Positions 1 to 10,280 of a stretch of 64,000 nucleotides of DNA are shown here, one piece after another. Position numbers and translations under genes: made by a program. This DNA is from Hydrolagus colliei (taxonomy: Eukaryota). The stretch covers positions 14,260,001 to 14,324,000 of the forward strand of contig CM068749.1 in assembly GCA_035084275.1 (NCBI GenBank), written 5' to 3'. Each line of letters opens with the position of its first letter. Positions within the stretch are counted from its first letter, which is position 1. Under the pieces are notes generated by a model, which saw only the letters and a program-made list of their open reading frames with translations, did no database searches and was not told the DNA's origin.

Positions 1-262
1 CTTTGTCCCCCAAATCCTCCGTTCCACCTTCGGCAGCCGTGTCTTCAGCCACTATGCCCTGAAACTCTGGAACTCCCTCCCTTACTCCCTTTGCCTTGTC
101 TCCACCTTTCCCATTTTCAGGTCGCGCCTGAAGACTTTTCTGTTCGACCGCGCTTTTGGTCACCTTTCTCTCCCTCCCCCTGGCTTGGCCCCGGCTCTAC
201 TTTGTGAAGTGCTCTGGGATGCCGTCTGGCGTGTAGGGTGCTATATAAATCCAAGCTTTTGT
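1..262 (+). mobile_element. L2-clade LINE 3' end (truncated by window edge)
   Basis: Frame from nt 2 reads FGSRVFSHYALKLWNSLP...FRSRLKTFLFDRAFG, the typical L2 ORF2 C-terminus. It is followed by the L2 3' tail tgtgaagtgctctgggatg...gtgctatataaatccaag. Confidence 0.85.
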
Positions 263-1618
263 TAGTCAATTTTAGAATTGAATCAGATTCTCAAAAGCAC
301 CTCCAAAAGGTGTATATGCCAGAGATTACAGCATAAGAGAACCTGCTCCTGCAATAAAAATACATGAAGCAGAGAAGATTAACCTAAATTCTTATTGATC
401 ACGAGCACCTCTTATTGCCACAGCTACAACACTCAGTTGCTGTTGATTTTCCCCCCACTGCACTGAGCCACTGTCGGTGCTATTAACCCAATTCTATATA
501 GATTTTCGATACACATTTGAAATGCCTGGAACTGCATCAGCAGATTAGAGAATGTAAAACCTTGAAGTATTGGTGTGTTACAATACCTTTTAAAAAATGT
601 GCCATGTGCATCTTTGGAAACAGGATTGCACTGATCTCCCAGAGCAGAATTCAAAACTCAGAGAACATGTAGAGTGGAGTTCAAAGGCATCAAAGGGTGA
701 CTCACTTGTTTGATTACTCAAGAGGGCAAAAGTTTTCATCAAATACCCTCTGGTTATAAGCCCAATGAAAGCGAGGAAGTAGTTTTCTTACATTTGCTGC
801 TGTTATTTATCGCATCTACTTCAGGAATCTAGTCCAAGGGTAAAAGATCATTTAAATGCATAACAAAGATTAAAGATAAGTGGTAATAGATGTTCCTATT
901 ACATGGTTGCATCTCTTGTTTTTGTACAACACACTTAAAACAACCAGCTTTCTTAAGAAAAATCCACCTTGATATATTTAATTCCTACTGAGTGTATGAA
1001 TGATGTTACATTTTATAATCAGACCAAATATATTCATTACAGGGTAGGTGATGAATTAATGTTGCAGCTTATAAATGTGCCTCATTAAAAGCTGTTGCAA
1101 GATAATGATGTTTTGAATTGAAATTGTGAGAAAAATAATAAATGAATAACTGAACTATTGTGTAAGCATAAGTGAAATCTCTGAATTAGTCCTTTGGGGG
1201 TATAATGAGCGCATTCTTCTACAAATGAAGCTAGAAGTGTGTATTTTTTAAATGCTAATTGATTTTCCCATCTAAATAGCTAATATAACTAATCTCATGG
1301 GAAAAGACTATTTAAGTCACGCCAAAAAGGTGTCAATTTAGACTTCACACGTCAAAGACCACACCATCCAACTGCATGATTTTCTGAATCATCTCATTGC
1401 ATCAAACTTTTATTAAAACGATCCCAGTAACAACCTTTCCTTCATTCCCAACTAATAGTCTGACTTCTTCTAAATCATTTGTACACTTCAATAAAACTTA
1501 TACGGATTATAGTACTGTATTTTGTTGTTCACGGTTGCTTTGTAATACAAAGTCCATTGTATATTAACATAACTTCCATTCAAAGAGTATTCTTTTATTT
1601 GCTAACCTCCTTAATTAC

Positions 1619-1679
1619 CTTTTTGGAGGGAAAGTTGCAAATTCATGTCAGCTAAATATATTTGAATATGTGCTATCAC
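1619..1679 (-). other. Candidate 61-nt exon (host gene unknown)
   Basis: Minus strand: long polypyrimidine tract ending cttcttgtcAG, then 61 nt, then AAG|gtaatt donor. One open frame, VIAHIQIYLADMNLQLSLQK; not recognised. Confidence 0.2.
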
Positions 1680-3112
1680 CTGACAAGAAGGAAATGGAGA
1701 GAAAGGAAGTGAAAGAGTTGAAGGTGAGTTGATAATTATAGAATAAAGGAAAATCAGTTGTTCTTTTTGATTCACAGATTCACATGAAGGAAATCTGAAC
1801 CATTCTGTACCAAAGGATTTTCTACTATGATGCCATATCAAATACATAGCTATCAGCAACTGGTTTAGTTTTCTCTGAGTGTTTTTTGTAGCACCTTGGC
1901 TTATTTGAAATATTTAGTGAAGATGGAAATACAAAATATTCAGAGCACACAATTTTCCAGATTAGTTTTCTGAAGCGAGCACAGAGTTGATTTAACCTGA
2001 ATATTTATAGAAATTCTATTAATTCTTGATTTGTAGCTTGTACCTGAGGTTTTCAATTTTTCTAAAATTGTGTTTGCATCCGAGTGAAACTTGTGGCTAA
2101 TATACAGGATCATACAATCAACCTAAATGAATGTGTTGAGATATTATGCCTGCCCAGGGTTAAGGTGACCTTAGCTTATTACACACACTGATGGGCATTT
2201 CATCCACAAAAATGCACAGAAGACAGACAATAAGTAGGACATTGTGTTATGTTCTCTAATTTCAGTGTTTGCTCATTAATACCTTTAATTACACTTTAAT
2301 TAAAAATAAAACATAATGAGAAATATGAAGCTAAATTAGATCTTTAAATGTTTATAATTGCAAGCTACCAAGTGAGCATGTTGCAGCTAACATTAGGTAC
2401 AGATATTAGCAACACTGAAAATGTGAAAGTCCCTTAACAAATATATATACTGTATATCCTATCAATGTGTAAGATACCATTCATAGCTGACAATCTTAGT
2501 CATTTAATTGACTAATTTAATTGACAAATCTTAGTCATTTGTCAGCTGTGAGATTTTATGAGCACAAAGAGTGAGTGAGATGAGATTGCAATTGGCACTA
2601 AAATAACCAGTACTGAAATGCTAGCCTGGGGCAAATCACTGAATGTAAAGGCAGAGTTTTATTATTCCAATGATCATTTGGGGCTGTAATTAGTCTTACA
2701 TTATATATCATAAAATCTTACTCTTGGCAGAAAGGAAGCTCAAATTGAATGCAATTTTAAATTGTTCAATAGCAATTTCTTAATTCTGCGATTTCATAAT
2801 TGGTTCAATTCTCTGAAGTCATGATTCAAATCGGAAGCAAAGCAAGATATTTGAGTTAAATTAGGTTAAATAGATCTCAATAGCTTCTCAAACTCAATCT
2901 GAAACTAAAGTCATGAACGTCCAAAGTCTACATGAGTCCAGGATGGATCACGTAGAAAATAGTTTTGAAATGACTTTCTACCCAGCTTTCGTAAACCATT
3001 TTCCATCCAAAGATCTGTGTTCTTATTATGAAGTTTTTGTCCATGATGCTCTGTGAGTGGCCGATAAGAGTGCAAGTACCACAAGGTGACTGTATTTTCC
3101 TCCTTCTCTCAG

Positions 3113-3154
3113 GGGGACTTTTCACCTTCATTGGAACCTACCTTGAAACTTCAG
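3113..3154 (+). other. Candidate 42-nt micro-exon
   Basis: gtgac branch-like motif, tgtattttcctccttctctcAG acceptor and CAG|gtgaga donor. Length is a multiple of 3 (GDFSPSLEPTLKLQ or GLFTFIGTYLETS). Confidence 0.25.
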
Positions 3155-3828
3155 GTGAGATTAACAACTCACTGTGTAGAAAGCCCAGGGAGAGAAGCAG
3201 ATGCATTTGAGTCCATGTTGTTCTGTTCCATGGGACAGTATGTTATTGCAGCAAAGGCCTGCAGCAGCTTCTTGTCATCCTAAAGCAATGCATAACATGC
3301 GCACATTGGCAGGGATGCTTGCTATGATAGCGTATTGCTTTAGTGAAAGTGGAAGAATCTGAATAAGACTGTGGCAGTCCTGGGGAATCAACAAGTCCCA
3401 TCATCAATCTTATGGTCTTCACATACTGTTTTGTACATTTGGATTCATGGGTAGGACCAGAATTGTGTGACAATGTGCCCTTTAAATCACAGAAGGTAAC
3501 TCAGGTAGCGTTACATGATAGGTGACCGCTGGATCAAATATTGGTGGAAGAATCATGTCCAATTAATAAACTATGTGGATTATGCCCAGCCATTTTGACC
3601 TTATTGTAGGCACATTGATAACACATGGCAGAGAAAGGCTGTCTAACTTGTTGCAGGTAGAGTTTAAAGATCCTCTGGCCCTATTTGGAAGAAGAATATA
3701 AAGTTCTCTCAGGATTCTGCTCAATAAACCTCCCTTATCCAAATTCAATAATGAACGCAATCTTTGTTTGTTCATGGTTCTCCTGTTTCTGGGATGTTGG
3801 CAACTCAGATTAGATAATAAATATTCCT

Positions 3829-3968
3829 AATAATAATCCTCACATTTGATACAGCACTTTATCACATTATCAAAACATCTCCTGCTTTATGGGATTTATT
3901 GTGAAGTACAGTGACTGTTTTTCTAGGATAATGTGGCAGCCAATTTGTGTAATAATGTCCCATACATA
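3829..3968 (-). mobile_element. Old Deu-domain SINE 3' fragment
   Basis: Reverse complement of the SINE tail (aataataatcctcacatttgatacagcacttt) plus Deu core gtggcagccaatttgtg, matching the full copy at 40659-41009. Confidence 0.65.
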
Positions 3969-4870
3969 AAGCCACGTTTGTCTATGCAGCAACAGTAGTA
4001 CAAATGAAAACAATTCATTGTGTGAAAATTCTTAGGCGTGATTAGGAGTTATATCAAATGCAAACGTTATTTTATTGTAACTGGGGTCATTAGGGTTCTC
4101 AATGAATTTTAATCATTGACAAAATACAGCCCAGAACTTGGGCCATTATCTCCAGAATATATAGCAGCAGATCTCAGGCTACAGCAAATACCAACAAATA
4201 TTGAGGATGCAGAGTATACTAAATTTTCAAAGGAAGTTTCCAGTGATGCCAGGGACAGAATCTGATTAGTTCCAGTGACAGATAATTTGTAATTCGATAG
4301 CACACAAAATGTCATTTGCTTCCATGCTTCATCTTTCAATCTGATTTGCCAAATAACATTTGTTAGGAAATAAAATCATGGGCTGAAATGAAAGCAGCTT
4401 TATATCCTAAATTATTTAGCAAAACATAAGATTAAGATTGACCTATAATATTTTTATGTGTATCCCACATTTGAGTTTTTAAGGAGGTAATGAAATTCGG
4501 TTAATATTCAATTTATCTTTGAAAAAAGTATAGTCAATTGGTCCTTGTAATTCACACATGCATGGTATCTAACTTTAAGAAAACATATTTAGCTGTATTT
4601 AAGACTGTGATCATAATGGACCTTAATTGTTGACCACAAAGCACAAATAATCTTGGGGATTATTTGTATGAGGGTAATTTCAAAGTGATCAAATACAAGA
4701 TTCTATTCACCCCTTCAGAAAAATTCTAATTCAACCTTAATTTGATGCTTTGCAAGTACTGTAGTTTGGAAAACCTGCCTTCTAAATGAACACGTGAATT
4801 TAGTGATTTGTGAGATTCTCTGAGAAAGCGATGTTTGGAATGTTTTCTGAAGTGACTTAGTTTATCTCTT

Positions 4871-4907
4871 AGTTAATCTTTCAGGTCGTTGACCTTTCAT
4901 CAGAACT
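4871..4907 (-). ncRNA. Degenerate minimal type I hammerhead ribozyme core (Penelope-like element remnant)
   Basis: Minus strand reads AGTT-CTGATGA-A-AGGTC-aac-GACCT-GAAA-GA-TT-AACT. Both core boxes, a 5-bp stem II and a 4-bp stem I are present; stem III is disrupted. Confidence 0.55.
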
Positions 4908-7900
4908 GGTGATCTCTCCTCGTCTGTTCAGGATAGTTTTCCAACCGCTATCAACTTATGCCATCCAGATTTGCATCATTGGCATAAACTACCGCTGTTA
5001 CCATGGTTTTCAGTTTGAGTCCACACATCATTAGAAGGCAGGAAGAGAAGGTGTGACAGTCATTTTCCTCAGGTTATTTATAATTTCTTAGTGCGTACAT
5101 TACATATGTCTGTAGCACTTTGAAATCGGTAAAGAGAATCCAGTGCTCAAAGAGTTTGAATGTCTTTTTTTTAAAGGCTCATTTATCTCAGTTCTCTGCC
5201 TTATGCTTCCTCTGTCTGTGTGAAAATGCATTTCCTGTATTTGTGTGTTTGTATTTCAGGAATAATTATAAGTCTGCCCAAATCATTCTCATCTAATTTG
5301 TGTTTCTTCAGAAGCAGCAAATAACTGCTGTATTGGCTGGATGTGGGACAGCTGGCAGTTATAATAAATTGATCCTTTTATCATTGGTACAAAAAGTAGC
5401 AAGCGAGGTGAAATCAGGGTCAGGGCTGAAATCGTATCTGGTGAAAGTTTGCCCAACAGAGCAGTAATTTATCCACTCATTACTAGACTGGGCAGTTTTA
5501 CACATATTTTTATCTTTGGTGACATCTGCTGGTAGCTGACAGTGAATGAAAATGAACCACAAGCCGCAATATATCAATAAACCTGAAGCAGAAGAATTAA
5601 ATTCCTTTCAAGGTATAGTGTTTTGTGGAGTAAATACACAGTGGCATCACAGTGCAACTTCTCGTTAATTTATGGACTGAAAAGCTAAATTGTATCTTAG
5701 AAACTTAAAAGTTAAGGTATGCAACAATGATGCTGAATGGAATCATATGGAAAAAAGTATGAAACACTTTTCATATTGTTATCAATATTAAGACCTTCAT
5801 GTTTGCTTAGCGAGTTCAATTTATTGAAATAGTTTTAACAAAGTTTCTAATCATATGGAAGCTCCATGTACTAGTTACACATATTTAAAGGGGAAGTCTT
5901 CAGGTAAGTACAGTATTTGGCCATGGGAATGCTCTTTGAAGCCCCCATAAGGGAGTGCCCTTTGAAGAAGTACTTTCAAGTAGCACTTGGATTTGCACTG
6001 CCGAGTTCATCAATCAGATTTCCCACTGCATCAGTCTATTGTTGGAAATGATATTGCTTTGCTTCCAGCACTATAAATGAGGCAGCGCAGTGGAGAGTTG
6101 AGGGTATTGCATATGTGTAGTTTCCAGCACTATAACATATTACTGTACTAGATGGAACAGATGTTCTATAACATTGGATCGTAAAGTTAGTATTTAATTG
6201 AATCAGTTAAGGTGCACACTTTGGTTTGGTTTCTTTTTAATGTGGAAGCCCACTTCAGGTGATATCTATCTAATGGGGAAAGAAATGCTGGCACAGTGAT
6301 CATATCCAATCATACCATTTTATAATACAATAATTCAAGTGTGATTTCCATGTGCAAAAGGTTGACACGGTAAAGTATTCTTAACCACATTATAAATGTT
6401 GCCCTGCAAACAGAGCTTTGTCTACGCAAGTGTGAAGGCAAGGATCATTAAGTGCAAGTGAGTGCTTTTTCCACTCCTTCAATTTACTGCCTGTAAAAGA
6501 ATTAGATGGTATGTGAGGGATTGCAATCCAGCTGTTGTAAAGCACTGATATCTCATTGTAGAAGAGGAAAAGTAAAGAGAACTTTACTCTGGCCGGTACA
6601 TTACCCATTCCAGCAAATATGCCACATTGAGCTGTTACCTCGGCGGATCAGAGACACATTTTCTCAGGAAGTTCAGATTAACACCAGAAATAGCTACCAA
6701 GTTGGGCAAACTGTTGGGGTTGGGGGGAGTGGGGGAATACCAAGGGACAAAATCCAACACTTGCCTAATATTGTAACAATAAAAACTGTGCTTACTTTCT
6801 CTGCTTCTGAAATCTTTCAGGTTCCCATAGGAGACAACCTTAGTATGTGCCAGGTGTATGGGTTACAAATAATATCTATAAGGTGGTCTAGAAAGGCATC
6901 CTGTTACATCATGTTGGACAACTGCAGGCAGCAGTGACACTTATATAAATAAATACCTGCAAAGGGCAAAGTGTATTCATGTGGTTATTAAGGTGACTAC
7001 AAGAAGTCCACTATGATTTTATAACAGGAAGGCAGTTTCATGGAATGAATTTTCAAATTAGATGTGACCATCGTGGATGACTTTATGAAAGGAAAGGTAG
7101 TGCTGGGCAGCTGTGAGGGCTTTTGTCGTGGAAAGGGTTGAATATTTTTATGCCTCAAAGGGTTTTCTTCAGTACTGCAGCCTGTGACAGGTATTGTGAA
7201 TGCTGGAATAATAGAGCAGTGCATTCACACACATGGGACAGGTCATGCTATAGAAACATCACTAGGAAGAGGGGGCAAAAAAGGGTGTAGAGAAGTGGTA
7301 GTCTCCTATTCCTGCATATCATATGCTGCTATCTAGTCATTCTGCTTAAGATGGGCTCCAAACAGCGAACAGTTCTGAGCCACTGATATCATCACAAAGT
7401 TAGAGGATGAGTGAGGATAGAAGTTCAATCTGGGTTGAGCCTTACATTTTTTTCTTAGCGTGAAAATTTTGGACAATTCGCTCTCAAATTTGAAGCTATT
7501 TTTCTTACAGGTTCCTTTAAAAGTAGTTTCAAAATTAAGGATAAATGTACAAATTGGTCAATATAGGCCAGTAAAATAATCTAATTTTCAAATGAGGTAA
7601 AAATTCCTCCTGCAGGGCTTTGAGTATAAATCCATACCTTGCCATAGTTTTAACATCAACCTGTTATTCCAGCTATTGTCTGGCTTGCATATAGAGCATC
7701 AAGTGACTGGGTGTGCTCAGTGCTGAGAGAGGAAAAACAATCAACATTGCCATCTACCCCAGCTCACATATACTGCGTTTCCTGTCAAGGGTTCCACAAC
7801 AGCACTGATTGTGCCTGTGACAAACTCTATGATGTAGACTGACTTACCCAATTGACTGAAGGGAGGTAATGTGGAGATGAGAAGCCAGCAGGAAGAAAAT

Positions 7901-10039
7901 AAATCATATTTCCAAGGCACTGCATAGCACTGTGATTTCAAATGCCATCCTTAACATCCTGCTCATACTGGATAACAGCACCTTCTTGTTAAAGGTCACA
8001 GCATCAAACAATACTACAGCCAACTCCATTCTGATTGACACTAATTTGATGCTGTTTTTTTCAGTCAGGAAATGAAGCAAACAAGGAAGGAAAGATTCAG
8101 GGAGAAGCAAATAGTAAGATCATGCCAATGGGTCATGGGGGCATTTAGAGGACTGGGATATTCCACAAGAGATGTATGAGTGAATCATCGAGTTATCAAA
8201 GAAGAGAGGAGCAGTATGCTGAAGGAATGAACACTCCTTCCTTTTCTTTATGTGGTCTTTTGGAGCTGGAGCTGCATGTGTGGCCAGAATTTTTATTATC
8301 TATGATCAAATTTAGACTGAGATGAAATCACCCCTCGCGAGGAATGGAAACCAAATTTCATCTTCTGATAATACTCACAAATGTTTGAGTTTATACTGCG
8401 CTCAGAAAACAGTAAACTTTCTCAAATTGTATTGCAAATGCAGCTGTGAAGTGTTATAGTTGCTCTTACTGTCTCCAACCAAAGACTGCAGCAATGATGT
8501 GTTGAAAGAAAATCTGTGCATGGCCTGTTGGAAATCTCAAAGGATGTGAAACTTATTATCAGCTTCACTGATCCTTTGTTTACGTGGCAGGTGCCAGGAA
8601 ATGATGTCTGCTGGGAGATAGATAAAAGGACAAGGTATTCAAGCAACAAGCCTTTTAGAAACCTCTAGTGGATGTGCGGGTTGTGTAGTGGTCACTTTAC
8701 TCTTATGCTTTTAAAATAGACCTACTTATCGAGTCTATACAAGGTTTAAAAGGTGAAGCCAGTAAAATGGTCTCATTACATCAAAGTTAAAAGGCATTAA
8801 AGGGCTATTTTCCTCTCTGACCTTTTTTCCCACTTTACCGGCTTGGGATTTTCAATTGACTGTTCTCAAATCTCACAATCCACATTTGCAAGACAGAAGT
8901 CGCAAATAGTGCAAAAAAAAACCTAGTTTGTGAATGTCCACATAACTTGTTGCACCAATTGAAATACGTTAAACAAGATGATTGGATTCCATACGAGGTG
9001 TTACCAGATGGGTATGCCAATTCTAACTATGATTTCACATTAGTTCAATCAATGTTATGATATTTATATTTGTAATTAAATAATAATTATTGGTGAACTA
9101 TATATACAGGTAAACTAAATACATAATTAATGGTACACTTGATATATACTTAAGCATTATTATAGGTAAACTAAATATCACACAGAAATGCAACAATGCA
9201 ACACATTTATGAGTGCAACTTAATCCTTGCTTTGAATTGATGAACTTGACAACGATGACAACAATTCACATTTCAAAGTGCTTCACACAGCTGAATGGGG
9301 ACTAAGGGAGCTAAGCTAAGCCACTTCCTCTCACTCCCGGGATAGCAGTGGGGGGAAGTGGCCTTTGAATGGTGATTACATTGAGCATCACAATGCAAGA
9401 TATTTAGACACGAGAGGAAAATAATCATCTTGTACCATGAACTCTGAGAATGCATGCTCAAGTTTCAGTGACATATTTTATTAGAAATGTGGCTGCATTC
9501 TTTGCAAAAAAATCCTTTGTCTTCGATGTATCATCTTTATCAACAAAGCAGGTGGATTGAACAAGGGCACGCAAGGACTTCTACAAGGTCCTGACTTTGC
9601 TTAAGTTGCTTTAGAAGATATCTACGTGCTAATCTAGCTTGGGTGGACTCTGTACTTGAATGAAATTATGGGGCGGAGGGTGGAAAAAGACATCCATTCC
9701 TAGCCAGCCTGCTCCCTGCATATTATTAGAGTTCCTCTCCTCTTTGGACATTCCCTATTTATCATATTACAGTATTTCATTTTATTGTGCAACATAAATT
9801 GAATGCTTGTTAATACAATAATACTCTGGGTACCCTAAAGCATCTGGTTTACATTTATTTTCAATAAAGGGCAGAAACATCATAAAAGAAAATCCATTCA
9901 AAATGTTTTCTTTTTAATGTCTGTTGGGAGTTGGTGATGACAGCAGATATGTCTGTGTTGGTGCAGAACACAATCCAATATGTTTTACTCTCGAACTAAC
10001 AAATAAACAGTGGAAAATATATGTTTAGCAAAAATTCAA

Positions 10040-10280
10040 CAGCAGGGATTTGATGCAACAAGTGTTCTGACCACATACAGATCATTGGTGAGGCCGTATT
10101 TGAAATACCACTCTGGAAACGTTATATGTGATGTATTGGAGCCAGTTCACAGTTGAGAAGTGACAAATTCAACAACAACAACGTGCATTTATATAGTGCC
10201 CATCACACAAGGTAGTGTCTCGGAGCATGACAAGGTTGATCCCAGGACTCCATGCCTCAGGCTATGGAGAGACACAGTGA
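10040..10280 (+). mobile_element. Old CR1 ORF2 fragment interrupted by an antisense L2-type tail (10171-10227)
   Basis: TYRSLVRPYLKY resembles CR1 LYKSLVRPHLEYC, and TRLIPGL..L.YGE resembles FTRMIPGL..LSYEERL. Between them lies aacaacaacaacgtgcatttatatagtgcc. Confidence 0.55.

Noticed and set aside
3563-3775. ORF ending IRSKWLGIIHIV, faintly like the RTE-clade RLRWLGHV motif
   Set aside because: A single weak motif with no supporting RT motifs nearby.
6506-6937. 143-aa ORF
   Set aside because: No recognisable domain or splice context; length expected by chance.
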